Source: an uncultured Verrucomicrobiae bacterium (lineage in GTDB: Bacteria; Verrucomicrobiota; Verrucomicrobiia; Chthoniobacterales; UBA10450). Taken from it: DNA of 64,000 bases. The position numbers and the translations under genes were made by a program. Under the pieces are notes generated by a model. That model searched no databases. It had not been told where the DNA came from and saw only the letters and a list, made by a program, of their open reading frames with translations. Position 1 is the stretch's first letter, and every line of letters starts with the position of its first letter. Below are positions 19,978 through 30,069 of the stretch, piece after piece. Location of the stretch: the NCBI GenBank assembly GCA_963834385.1, contig CAWIBO010000003.1:320001-384000 (forward strand), given 5' to 3'.

Positions 19978-20020
19978 TTGACGCGTCTCAACTGAGACGT
20001 TATCATGTCTCATATGAGAT
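19978..20020 (+). promoter_or_regulatory. Sigma70-type promoter with two TCTCA-NN-TGAGA palindromic operators
   Basis: TTGACG (19978-19983), 17-bp spacer, TATCAT (20001-20006); palindromes at 19984-19999 and 20008-20019. Confidence 0.75.
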
Positions 20021-20418
20021 CAGCGGGCGCTCTTCCTTCCGGTCCCCTGGTGACCCCGGCTTTTTTCCGTCAGGTCGAGCGCGGCCTCAGTTTTTCCACG
20101 CTCGAGCTGCTCCGGCGCGCCATTGATCTTTCCCTCGATAAGATCGCGGGCCAGGTGGGCATCTCCCGCGCCACCCTCCACCGGCGCAAAAAAGAGAAAC
20201 GCCTCACCCCGGCCGAGTCGGAAAAGGTCCTGCGCTACGCCCGCCTGTTCGACCAGGCCCGCCGCGTTTTTGGTGACGCCGCCAGCGCCCGGCTCTGGCT
20301 CAAGTTTCCGCAGCAGGCCCTTGGCCAGGTCGCCCCGCTCGATTACGCGCGCACGGAGCTCGGCGCGCGGGAAGTGGAAGATCTGCTCGGTCGCATCGAT
20401 CACGGCGTTTACTCCTGA
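20014..20418 (+). CDS. Xre/MbcA/ParS-type antitoxin
   Basis: HTH (GISRATLHRRK), ESEKVLR, WLxxPxxALG...P and LGRIDHGVYS; ATG20014 preferred because ATG20005 lies inside the -10 box. Confidence 0.9.
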   Translation: MRSAGALPSGPLVTPAFFRQVERGLSFSTLELLRRAIDLSLDKIAGQVGISRATLHRRKKEKRLTPAESEKVLRYARLFDQARRVFGDAASARLWLKFPQQALGQVAPLDYARTELGAREVEDLLGRIDHGVYS

Positions 20419-20877
20419 TGCGACACGGCTGGCGCCTGGTCCGGGCCGCGCGCGCCGGCACCGCGTTTACCGGCGAAGGAGCCGCTCTTTTCCCGGGGCG
20501 CTGGAACCGCCGGGGCACCCGGCTGGTCTATGTCAGCGCGCACCAGTCGCTGGCCGCGCTCGAACTGCTGGTGCACTGGCGCCCGTTGCCGGCACGCCAG
20601 GAGTTTGCCGCGTTCGCCCTGAAATGGCCCGAGCGCATCACCGAGACGCTCAAGAAGCTGCCGCCTGACTGGCGCGAGGAGCCGGCGCCGGACTCCACCC
20701 GCGAGCTTGGGGAACGCTGGGTGCGGGAGGCGCGCTCCGCTGTCCTGGCCGTGCCGAGTGTGCTCGCGCCGGCCGACCTGAATTATTTGCTGAACCCGCT
20801 CGCACCCGGACTTTCGGTTGATCGAGATCGGCCCGGCCATCCCCTTTGCCTTTGATCCGCGCCTGCTGGAACGTTAG
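20418..20877 (+). CDS. RES-domain toxin (NAD+-consuming type II toxin); frameshift near the 3' end
   Basis: GEGA...GRWN, VYVSAHQSLAALELLVH, VPSV and NYLLNP; the typical FAFDPRLL ending lies in a shifted frame ending at TAG20877. Confidence 0.9.
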
Positions 20878-20879
20878 CG

Positions 20880-21424
20880 ATGTCCTCGCCCTTTATTCGG
20901 TCCGCGCTTTTGTTTGCCCTGGTCGTTTTAGCCGTGGCGCCGGCCCGGGCGGAGGAGGAAACATTCTTCGATCGGTTGCGCGCCTTGTGCGGCGAACGGC
21001 TGGAAGGCCGGACCGAGTTTCCGACGCAGGCCGATCATCCCATGGTGGGGAAAACGCTGGTGCTGACCCCGGTCTGTTCGAAAGACGACGAGGTGCGGGT
21101 GCCGCTGGCGGTGGGGGAGGATCGTTCCCGCACCTGGATCATCCGCCAGGAAAAGGAGGGGCTGTATCTGAAACATGATCACCGGCATGCCGACGGGACC
21201 CCGGACAAGGTAACCAACTACGGCGGACAGGCGCAGGCGGACGGGACCGCGGTGCGTCAGGTTTTTCCGGCGGACCAGGAGACGGCGGAGCTGTTGCCGG
21301 AAGCGGCGACCAATGTCTGGACGCTCGAGTTTCATCCGGAGCGGAACGAGTTGAGCTACACCCTGCACCGGCACGGCGAATTGCGTTACCGGGCGGTCTT
21401 CCGCCTGCCCGCGAAGAAAAATAG
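20880..21424 (+). CDS. Secreted hypothetical protein
   Basis: Signal peptide; DRSRTW, LKHDHRHADG...TNYGG and NVWT blocks; one extra A in the run near 21417-21421 gives a stop at 21422-21424 instead of read-through into the tRNA. Confidence 0.7.
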
Positions 21425-21508
21425 TGCCGGCGGAGGGGATCGAACCCACACTCCCTTGCGGGAACCGGATTTTGAGTCCGGCGCGTCTGCCAGTTCCGCC
21501 ACACCGGC
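21425..21508 (-). tRNA. tRNA-Leu (CAA)
   Basis: Reverse complement GCCGGTGTGGCGGAACTGGCAGACGCGCCGGACTCAAAATCCGG... with a long variable arm; anticodon CAA. Confidence 0.95.
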
Positions 21509-21563
21509 GCGGTCGTGGCATACCGTTCCGCATCGCCCCTTCCGCGCAAGTTAAAAGAGGGGA

Positions 21564-21656
21564 GCGGAAGCCTTCGCCACAGATTGACACGGATTAACAC
21601 CGATTCGGGATTGCGTTCCGTTTCTCCCATCTGTGAAAATCAGTGTTCATCTGTGG
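21564..21656. repeat. CCACAGAT/ATCTGTGG inverted-repeat element (left and right arms)
   Basis: Left arm CCACAGATTGACACGGATTAACAC, right arm ATCTGTGAAAATCAGTGTTCATCTGTGG; arms recur at 22648-22684, 23503 and 23681. Confidence 0.8.
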
Positions 21657-21874
21657 AGAACTCCTTTGCAGCGTTGTCGCTTCCGCCCTCGCCCGGCGCT
21701 CCGGCAGTGTCCGACCGACGCGGACGAAATTCTGGGAGGCGTAAGATTCGTGGACGGACTACCCCCTTTTTTGTTCGGCGTTCTTTGCTTGAGAGTAAGT
21801 TCTGGTCAGGGCTCCTTTGATTTGGCAGAGCGCAACATGGTGATGCACCTGACTAACCTGTAGTACGAAACACT

Positions 21875-22321
21875 ATGCCCAGTCTGTGGTTGCTAACTTT
21901 ATGCCTAGCCGCTGCCTTGTGGTTCCCATTGGCTTGGCTCCATAGCTTCTACAGTGGGTGGCAAGCTTTAGCGAAACACTTTCGAGAGGAGAGTCGGAGC
22001 GCCGGAGAAGTTGAGTTTAGTGCTGGGACTGTGATTATCGGCGGGACGGTAAATCGTCTTGGTATATCTATGGCGATCTCGACCGAGTGTCTCCATTTAC
22101 GATCGGCATGGATCACGAGTTTTGCACATCCGCCTCTCGCTATACCTTGGACCTCCCTATACAATCCGAGACTTGTTCATGTTATGTGGATTCCCTATGT
22201 CAGGTTCGATGTCGGGCGCCCGGCGATAACGACCATCGAGGTTGCAGGTTATTTATCCTCGCTCTTCCCTCCCTCAGCGCGTCCTGAGGTGTTTAAGCCT
22301 TCATCAGATCAAGGCAGATGA
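21875..22321 (+). CDS. Hypothetical membrane-anchored protein (lower GC)
   Basis: N-terminal TM; GWQALAKHF and HPPLAIPW blocks. Confidence 0.65.
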   Translation: MPSLWLLTLCLAAALWFPLAWLHSFYSGWQALAKHFREESRSAGEVEFSAGTVIIGGTVNRLGISMAISTECLHLRSAWITSFAHPPLAIPWTSLYNPRLVHVMWIPYVRFDVGRPAITTIEVAGYLSSLFPPSARPEVFKPSSDQGR

Positions 22322-22604
22322 ACCGTCGCCATGTCGTGACCGGTTACGTTCCGGCTGGAGTCATCGCTACCGTATACATCGCGATTGTTGCGGCTGGCGG
22401 CTCCGATCCGGAACTCGTGCGCAAGGTGACTTTGCCCGCGGCGGCAATGATTTTTGGCGCTCTCGGCTGGCTGCCTGGTTTGTTGGCACCTCTCTGCCTG
22501 ACTGGAAGCGGCCCGCCACCCTGATCCCATTCGTACTAAACTGCATTCTCCTGGTGGCGGCGGTTGGCCTTTGCATCTTTTCCCTCCCGTTTTGGTGGGT
22601 TTAG
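22318..22604 (+). CDS. Small hypothetical membrane protein, probably frameshifted near 22490
   Basis: ATGA overlap with the previous gene; hydrophobic helices continue in ORF 22242..22604. Confidence 0.45.
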
Positions 22605-22705
22605 GCTGTTGCGCCTCAAAGATGCTTACCGTGCAAATAGGCAAGCTGCGGAAGCTTTCGCCACAGATTTACACGGATTAACGCAGGCCCAGTGAAGATT
22701 AAGAA

Positions 22706-23356
22706 ATGACCAAGTGTGTTCGAGTTATAACCTGCTTGACCCTACTGCTGATCATGCGCGTGACAGGCATGGCGTTCAAGATGGAGCCTGAGATGCAAGC
22801 CTATCTAAATTCAGCGCAAGTTACCGAAGATGGTATTCCTAGTGGTGACTATCACGGCCCCTCGTCGTTTCGCTCTTATCTCCGGGCGAACTGGCGGGAG
22901 ATCCTCGATAACATCCAGACGATCGCGCCAAACCGTCCGCAGCAAGCCGTGATCTTCGCGACCGCGGCGTTCCTTCCGTCGCCTGAATATTTGGATTTCA
23001 TGGCGGCGACGATTGATCAGTTTGAAAAAGGAAATCTGGATGCAACAGCGGTGCGGCACCGCGTTCTCTTTCCTCCGCGCCATCGTTATGGATTCTTGCA
23101 GTTCAACTACCAGAATCCGCAGGTTCGATCTATTTGCGAGAAAGCGAAGCGGCTGTTCCCATCTGATCAGCAACTCCAGGAATACTTGAGCGACATTTTG
23201 AGCGGCGCAGGCAAGGAGCACGCCGAGGATTGGCTTTCCCAGAACAAGATGAAGCCGCCTGAAGTCCTCGCGTCTGTGACTCCTCCCACACTGCCAAGAG
23301 TGAGGCCAGGCGCAGCCACGCCAATGCCGGCGCCGCCCGCTCCACGTAAATGGTGA
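22706..23356 (+). CDS. Hypothetical secreted protein with a Pro-rich tail (lower GC)
   Basis: 216-aa ORF with a signal-peptide-like N-terminus. Confidence 0.65.
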   Translation: MTKCVRVITCLTLLLIMRVTGMAFKMEPEMQAYLNSAQVTEDGIPSGDYHGPSSFRSYLRANWREILDNIQTIAPNRPQQAVIFATAAFLPSPEYLDFMAATIDQFEKGNLDATAVRHRVLFPPRHRYGFLQFNYQNPQVRSICEKAKRLFPSDQQLQEYLSDILSGAGKEHAEDWLSQNKMKPPEVLASVTPPTLPRVRPGAATPMPAPPAPRKW

Positions 23357-23373
23357 ATCGTAAGAAGCCAATC

Positions 23374-23730
23374 CGCTGAGGACAGCGGACGCTACAGCGC
23401 GACAATATGAAGCGGCGTTGGTTGGTCGTTTGTGAGGTCCTTCGCTTCGCTCAGGATGACGGACAGGTGGGACAGCAGATCGGGAGCGGATCGCTTCCTT
23501 CCCATCTGTGAAAATCTGTGTTCATCTGTGGCGAACTCGTCCGGTTGGTTCGTCGCAGCGGCGCTGTAGCGTGCCCTATCCATATGAAGCTGGGCTGGTT
23601 GGTCGTTTGGGGGGTCCTTCGCTTCGCTCAGGATGACGGACAGGTGGGACAGCAGAGGAGGACCGCGTTCAGGGCTTCCCCATCTGTGAAAATCTGTGTT
23701 CATCTGTGGAGAAACTCGTCCCGGCTGATT
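23374..23730. repeat. Two tandem ~177-bp composite repeat units
   Basis: TCCTTCGCTTCGCTCAGGATGACGGACAGGTGGGACAGCAG at 23438 and 23615; CATCTGTGAAAATCTGTGTTCATCTGTGG at 23503 and 23681. Confidence 0.9.
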
Positions 23731-23770
23731 GGACAAACCCGGCCTCGTCGCGACACTTCCCTTTCGGCTC

Positions 23771-25586
23771 ATGAAACACGTTCTTCTCCTCCTGCTCTCC
23801 GCCAATCTGGCCTTCGCAGCATCGTCGCCGTCTCCCTCGCCTCCGCCCGGCACTGCGACCGTGTCCGAGCGGCTCAAGGCCTTCTTCGAGGAAACGTTCG
23901 AGGCGCACCTGGCCCGGCATCCCATGGAACAGGCGCGGCTTGGCCTGAAAACCAATTACGATCAGTGGGACGATTATTCCGACACGGCTCGCGTCGCGGA
24001 AATGGCGGCGCGCGAGGCCGAGCTGGCCCGGTTGAAAAAGGAATTCGCGCCCGATCAGCTCGAGCCGGCCGACCAGTTGAGCTACGAGCTGTTTGAGCGC
24101 GAAGTGGCGCGCGCGCGCGAGGCCTTCCCGTTCCGCCAATCCGTTTATCGCATCTCGCAGATGCGCGGGGTCCACACCGAGCTGCCCACCTTCCTTATTA
24201 ATGTGCACAAGGTCGAGAACCCGGAGGACGCCCGGGCTTACATTGTGCGGCTGCGCGGCATCCCCGCCGTTTTCGACGCCGCCATCGCCGATCTCGAGGA
24301 GAGCGCGCAACAGGGCGTGGTCCCGCCCAAGTTTGTCTTCCCGCTGGTGCTCGATGCCTGTCGCCGGATCATTGCCGGTGCCCCCTTTGAAAAAGAAGGG
24401 TCGCCCAGCCCGCTCCTCGAGGATTTCACCAAGAAGCTCGATGCCCTGAAGGATCTGCCGGCGCCGGCCCGCGAGAAACTGCTCAAGGAAGCCCGGCTCG
24501 CGCTCGAGACCGCGGTGGCGCCGGCCTACCGCAAACTGATGGCGAGCCTCGAAGCGCTCGAGAAGAAAGCGACCGACGACGTGGGCGTCTGGCGGTTTGA
24601 AAAAGGGGCCGATTATTACCGGATCCTGCTGCGTCACACCACCACAACCGATCTTTCCGCGGACGAGATACACGCCATTGGTCTGCGCGAAGTCGCCCGC
24701 ATCCAGAAAGAGATGACGGCGATCAAGGAAGCGGTCGGGTTCAAGGGGACGCTGCCCGAGTTCTTCAAGTTCATGCGAGAGGACAACCGGTTCTATGCCG
24801 CCAACTCGGAGAAAGGCCGGGCGCGTTACCTGGCCCAGGCCACCTCGATCATCGACACCATGCGCGGACGGCTGGACGAACTTTTCCTGACCAAGCCAAA
24901 GGCAAATTGCGTGGTCAAAGCGGTGGAACCGTTTCGCGAGAAATCAGCGGGCAAAGCCTTTTATCAGCGGCCGGCGGCCGACGGGAGCCGGCCCGGAATG
25001 TTTTACGTGAACCTGAGCGACATGAAAAACACGCCGCTCTATTCGTTGGAAGCGCTGGCCTACCACGAAGGGATTCCCGGGCACCACATGCAGATCGCGA
25101 TTGCGCAGGAGTTGACCGGCCTGCCCCGGTTTCGGCGTTTCACCCATGCCTATACCGCCTACGTCGAAGGCTGGGCGCTCTACAGCGAGCTGATTCCCAA
25201 GGAAATCGGTCTTTACCAGGATCCCGTTCTCCGATTTCGGCCGGCTCTCGCTCGAACTCTGGCGGGCGGGCCGGCTGGTGGTCGATACCGGCCTGCACGA
25301 GAAGAAATGGTCGCGCGACCAGGCAATCAAATACCTTGTGGAAAATACGCCGAACGCGCCGACCGACTGCACCGACGCGATCAATCGTTACATCGTGATG
25401 CCGGGGCAGGCGACGGCCTACAAAATCGGGATGCTGCGGCTGGTGGAGCTGCGGGACCGGGCCAAAAAGAAGCTGGGCGAAAAGTTCGACCTGCGTGAAT
25501 TCCACGACGTGGTCCTGACCAACGGCCCGATGCCGCTCGATCTGCTCGAGCGCATGGTGGATCGCTGGATCGCGTCGAAGAGCTGA
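23771..25586 (+). CDS. DUF885 family secreted protein (putative metallopeptidase); frameshift at about 25225
   Basis: Signal peptide; HEGIPGHHMQ, EGWALYSE, RLVVDTGLH and PGQATAYKIG. Confidence 0.9.
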
Positions 25587-26231
25587 TCAGACCGCCCGCT
25601 CCGCTGCCGGCTGGAGTCCGCGCGGCGGGCCCAGGATCTCGCGAAGGACGATCGCCTCGCGCAAAGCCGCCGGGGTGCCGAGGCGCGCCCGCAACAGGGA
25701 GGGCGAGGCGACGGTCGTCTCGGGGAAACTGGTTTCCGCCTCCCGTTTCCGCGGTCGGCGCTGGGAGCGGGGAGCCGGTTTGCGTTCGCGGAAAGCATCG
25801 GGCAGTTCCTGCCAGGGCGACTTTTCGATGGGTGATGGCACCGGCACGAGCGGTGGGGCGGGGGGGAGCGGCGGCGGCGTGGTGGTGAGGGGCGGCACCG
25901 GGTTCAAGACCCGGCGGCGCTCCTGTTGCACCGTGCGTTCGACCTTTTCCCGCACCACTTCGCGAATCGGCCGGGGCTGGGCTTTCGGCGGCGGCTCGTT
26001 CGTGGTGGGAACGCCGAGCGCTTCCAGGAATTTGCGGACCCGTTCCTCCTCGGGCGTTCGTCCCGCGGGCGCGGTTCGGCTGGCCGGTTCCGCCCGGTGC
26101 ACCGGGACGGGTGGCGGCGGGGGCGGCGTCCCGGCGTTCTCCCGCTCCTCCCGCTTGCGCGTGGCATTCTCAATCATCCAGCGGGCCAGGGCCACGCCGG
26201 CGATCAGGAGGATGAAGAGGATGTTTTCCAT
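25587..26231 (-). CDS. Membrane-anchored Pro-rich hypothetical protein coupled to floA
   Basis: N-terminal TM; C-terminal LREAIVLREILGPPR; start overlaps the floA stop. Confidence 0.7.
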   Translation of the reverse strand: MENILFILLIAGVALARWMIENATRKREERENAGTPPPPPPVPVHRAEPASRTAPAGRTPEEERVRKFLEALGVPTTNEPPPKAQPRPIREVVREKVERTVQQERRRVLNPVPPLTTTPPPLPPAPPLVPVPSPIEKSPWQELPDAFRERKPAPRSQRRPRKREAETSFPETTVASPSLLRARLGTPAALREAIVLREILGPPRGLQPAAERAV

Positions 26232-27247
26232 CAGGCCTGGTCGTCGCCCTTCTTGTCACCGCCCGCGATCGATTCCCGCATGTCGGTGTCGGCCTGCACA
26301 TTTTTCATCCGGACATAATCCATGATGCCGAGGTTGCCGGAACGGAAGGCCTCGGCCATGGCCTGCGGCACCTGCGCCTCGGCTTCGACGACCTTGGCCC
26401 GCATTTCCTGCGTTTCGCGCGCATTTCCTGCTCGGACCGCGACGGCGGCGGCGCGGCGCACTTCCGCCTTGGCCTGGGCGACGCGTTTGTCGGCATCGGC
26501 CTGCTCCGCCTGGAGCTTGGCGCCGATGTTTTCGCCGATGTCGACGTCGGCGATGTCGATGGAAAGAATTTCAAAGGCGGTCCCGCTGTCGAGGCCCTTT
26601 GCCAGGACGGTTTTCGAAATGCGATCGGGGTTCTCCAGCACCTCCTTGTAGGAGTCGGCCGAGCCGATCGAGCTGACAATGCCTTCGCCCACGCGGGCGA
26701 TGATGGTTTCCTCGGTGGCGCCGCCGACGAAGCGGTCGAGATGCGAGCGCACGGTCACGCGGGCCTTGGCTTTGACGCCGATGCCGTCGCGGGCCACGCC
26801 GTCGATCGTGGTCTTGCCCATGCTCGGGTGCGGACAATCGATCACCTTGGGATTGATGCTGGTGCGGACGGCCTCGAGCACGGTTTTGCCGGTGCCCTTG
26901 GTGGCGAGGTCGATGGCGCAGGCGCGGTTGAGATCGAGCGAGATGCCGGCCTTGTCCGCCGCGATGAGGGCGAGGATGACGTGGGAAACTTTGCCGCCGG
27001 CGAGGTAATGCGCCTCGAGCGGATCGCTCTGCACATCGAGGCCGGCTTTGACCGCGGTGATGCGGTTATCGACGATGAGGCCGACCGGCACCTTGCGCAG
27101 GCGCATCCCGATCATCTTGCCGATGCCGACCGGGGCGTTGGCGATGCGGGCGCGGAGCCAGAGCCCGAAGAAGTTGAAGATGACGATGGCGAAAATGAGG
27201 CCGACGAGGGCGAGGGCGCCAACGCCCACGAGGTAAAGAGTTTCCAT
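26231..27247 (-). CDS. floA: Flotillin-like protein FloA (YqfA family)
   Basis: [51 protein letters not shown] and GNLGIMDY. Confidence 0.92.
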   Translation of the reverse strand: METLYLVGVGALALVGLIFAIVIFNFFGLWLRARIANAPVGIGKMIGMRLRKVPVGLIVDNRITAVKAGLDVQSDPLEAHYLAGGKVSHVILALIAADKAGISLDLNRACAIDLATKGTGKTVLEAVRTSINPKVIDCPHPSMGKTTIDGVARDGIGVKAKARVTVRSHLDRFVGGATEETIIARVGEGIVSSIGSADSYKEVLENPDRISKTVLAKGLDSGTAFEILSIDIADVDIGENIGAKLQAEQADADKRVAQAKAEVRRAAAVAVRAGNARETQEMRAKVVEAEAQVPQAMAEAFRSGNLGIMDYVRMKNVQADTDMRESIAGGDKKGDDQA

Positions 27248-27418
27248 GGTGGGCGGAATCTACCGGAAGGAACCGGTGGCCGAAAGGTCTTTCGCGCGGG
27301 AGCGGCGTAACGGCGCTGGGCGGATCGGGGAGGGGCGCGCCGGTTCGGCGGGGCCCGGGAGCAAAAAAACTCTTTTTGCGACCAGCGTTCCGGCCTGATC
27401 CGATGTATCAGTAACTCT

Positions 27419-27739
27419 ATGAAAACAATAACCAAATGTCTGGCGGGAATTTTTTCGGTGGCTCTGGCCCTGGCGGTGCTGACCGGTTGCGAAGTGAAGA
27501 AGACGCAGGATGCGAAGGCGCCGAGCGTGGACGTTGATGTGAAGACGTCCCCGGGACAAATGCCCAAGTATGATGTGGACGCCGCCGACGTGGACGTGAA
27601 GACCACTGAGGAGAAGGTGCTGGTGCCGAAGGTTGGCCTCCAGGAAGAGACGATCAAAGTGCCGGACGTGGACGTGAACATGCCGGGCGAGACGCCGACC
27701 CCCGCGGCCGAAGCGACGCCGGTGCCGCCGCAGAACTAA
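27419..27739 (+). CDS. Small lipoprotein with V/D-rich repeats
   Basis: Lipobox LTGC; repeated PxVDVD motifs; followed by a terminator. Confidence 0.8.
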   Translation: MKTITKCLAGIFSVALALAVLTGCEVKKTQDAKAPSVDVDVKTSPGQMPKYDVDAADVDVKTTEEKVLVPKVGLQEETIKVPDVDVNMPGETPTPAAEATPVPPQN

Positions 27740-27756
27740 GGAAGAACGAACTTAAC

Positions 27757-27799
27757 AAAACGCGCGTGTTCCGCCGAGAGGCGGGCACGCGCGTTTTTT
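27757..27799. terminator. Intrinsic terminator
   Basis: AAAACGCGCGTG...CACGCGCGTTTTTT hairpin with a T tract. Confidence 0.85.
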
Positions 27800-27851
27800 A
27801 TTTTGACTAAGAGGCCTAAAAACGGGATGAACTGCTGCGACGGCCAAAGTT

Positions 27852-28610
27852 ATGAGATTCCTAGGACTTTATATAACGCTCTTGGTGATCGGTGTTGGTT
27901 CAGTTCGCGCACAAACCGTTTACCCAGGAAACGGTGGGGCTGGGTTCGGAGGAGCAATTGGCGGGGGATCGCTTTCTTTGTCAGACGATGGTACCACCTT
28001 GGTCGGGACACTTACCCGTGGCTCGGGGGGATTTAATGACGGATTCGTCATTTACGTCGATTCGATTGCGGGTGGCGCCACCTCTACAAGCGGTTACACC
28101 GATACTGCTGATGGCCTTAGATCTGCCATTTCTGGTCTCAATGGCGCGGACCGCGCAATTCTTAACTTCCCAACTTCGTTCGCTCCCGATTTCGCCATCG
28201 CAATGTCTCCTGCCCAAAACTTCGGAGGCCTGTGGAGCTTGTCGAATCCGGCTGATTTCCCCTTCGTGAGCGCAATCAGTTTCGCGCCCCCCAGCGATTC
28301 CACGGCGGGAAGCTACAGTTTTAGCATTAGCCTCACTGACCTAGGCCTTACGGCAAACAGTGGTCAAAGCTTCGATTTTGTCTCCACCTATGTGAGTTTT
28401 ACGGCCTACCGTTCGAATGAGAGTATCGCCACCACTTTGACAGGGACTTTTGCATCCGGAGACCCTAACAACAACTTCGGCAGGAACGACGTAACAGCCG
28501 GAAACTTCGCTACTTACACGATTATTCCGGAGCCTTCGACGGTCTCCCTGCTGGCTTTGGCGGGCGGGTTGGCCCTCTTCCGGGTGGCCCGGGCCCGAAA
28601 AAAGGCCTAA
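27852..28610 (+). CDS. PEP-CTERM surface protein 1
   Basis: Signal peptide; IPEPS + TM + RVARARKKA tail; beta-rich body. Confidence 0.9.
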   Translation: MRFLGLYITLLVIGVGSVRAQTVYPGNGGAGFGGAIGGGSLSLSDDGTTLVGTLTRGSGGFNDGFVIYVDSIAGGATSTSGYTDTADGLRSAISGLNGADRAILNFPTSFAPDFAIAMSPAQNFGGLWSLSNPADFPFVSAISFAPPSDSTAGSYSFSISLTDLGLTANSGQSFDFVSTYVSFTAYRSNESIATTLTGTFASGDPNNNFGRNDVTAGNFATYTIIPEPSTVSLLALAGGLALFRVARARKKA

Positions 28611-28667
28611 AAAGGCCCGAAAAGGGTTGACCGCCCCCCGCCCCGTAGGGCAGAACAGGGGTCCCCT

Positions 28668-29268
28668 ATGAGCAAGAAACTTCTGCCAGTAATTATTGCA
28701 GTTCTCGCGTTTGCTGTTCCGAAGGCAACTTTCGCTTCTGCTGAGTTCTTCGGCAACGCGTTCGTCGTGCTGAATCTAAACGCCGGCGGCAACGTCTTTT
28801 ACGATCTCAACCCGAGCACGCAAACCTTGAACCCGAATTTCGGCGGGGAGGACCTTGGGACCTTTGATACTTCCGCGGGCGATTCACTTCTCCTCAACGG
28901 CGCGGAGTTCAATACCTTCACGACCAGTGCGACACGGTGAACACGGTCTCGTTGAATTACCGGGTTTTTATCCTGGGCAATCCGTCCTTTAGCGGCTTTG
29001 ACGTCACCTTCGTTTCACCAGCGGCAACAACCAGTTCTGGCAGTCGACCGACAAGAACATCAACGTCCTGAGCGGCCTGACCCCGGGCACCTACATGTTT
29101 GAAGTGTTCGGCAGCGCCGACACCACTGCCGGTTCGCGCTTCTACAGCAACAACGGGAACAATTACACCGCCACCTTCACCGTGGTGCCGGAGCCCTCCA
29201 GCCTGGCGCTGCTCGGTGGATCGTCCATTCTGGGGGCCTGGTTCTTCGCCCGGCGCCGGCGGAGCTAG
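28668..29268 (+). CDS. PEP-CTERM surface protein 2 (frameshifted)
   Basis: Signal peptide MSKKLLPVIIAVLAF; stitched end NYTATFTVVPEPSSLALLGGSSILGAWFFARRRRS*. Confidence 0.85.
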
Positions 29269-29350
29269 GATTACGGAAATTATTGGAATTGACGAACTCA
29301 CATAAATTGACGAGAATAAGGGAGCGTTAATATCAGGAAAAAAGGGAATT

Positions 29351-29993
29351 ATGAAAAAATCTTGCTGTCATTGGCCGCTGCGGTCCTTCTGGCGCCGCTG
29401 TCATTCGCCGACACGGGATCTTCGGATCTTTCGTTGTTATCAATGTCGAACGGCGGGGGGAACATCTTTTACGATCTCAGTTCCGCCACGATGAACCCAG
29501 ACTTCCAAGGGCCGTTCCTCGGCAGCTTTCGATCCGAGCAGCGGAGACACCCTGATCTTGAACGGCGGCGAGGTGCAGACTTTAAAAACGGAGGTACCGG
29601 GACAGGAACCGGCAACACCATTACCGGCGCCTTTACCGACTACAACGGTCACCTCAGCATCAACCCCACGGGAACCTTCACTGGGATCGCTTGCCGTTTA
29701 ATTCCAAGTTTCGCTTCCTTCGGGACGAACGGGCGACCAAAAATGGCAGCTGCATCGTCGGGACGCAACGTCCTGGCGGGACTCGACCCGGGGACCTACA
29801 GCTTCGAGGTGTTCTCGACGGCGAACTATAGTCCGAGTGGCGGTGCTCCAGCGGCACCCACTTCGCCAACAACGGCGGCGCCAACTACACGGCGACCTTC
29901 ACCGTGATCCCCGAGCCCTCCAGCTTCGCTCTCCTGGGCGGGCCCGCCCTGCTCGGCGCCTACTTCTTCGCCCGGCGTCGCCGGCAGAAGTAA
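29351..29993 (+). CDS. PEP-CTERM surface protein 3 (frameshifted), paralogue of protein 2
   Basis: NGGGNIFYDL...NPDFQG...LG, NVLAGLDPGTYSFEVF and NYTATFTVIPEPSSFALLGGPALLGAYFFARRRRQK*. Confidence 0.85.
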
Positions 29994-30016
29994 GCGGCCC
30001 ACCACCTTCCATTCTC

Positions 30017-30044
30017 AAAAGCCCCGCTGCGGCGGGGCTTTTTT
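30017..30044 (+). terminator. Intrinsic terminator after the PEP-CTERM trio
   Basis: AAAAGCCCCGC-TGCG-GCGGGGC-TTTTTT. Confidence 0.9.
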
Positions 30045-30069
30045 GTGCCCGGAAAGCCCGAAGAAAAGT

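Noticed and set aside
20880..21554. CDS overlapping tRNA-Leu(CAA)
   Set aside because: One missing A in a homopolymer explains the read-through; a stop at 21422-21424 abuts the tRNA.
21564..23356. Integron or tRNA-targeted integrative island
   Set aside because: No integrase, no convincing attC, no duplicated tRNA 3' end, and the islet lies upstream of the tRNA.
26400..26445. Odd segment [10 protein letters not shown] in FloA
   Set aside because: The expected EQEMRAK is present in the neighbouring frame, consistent with two compensating indel errors.
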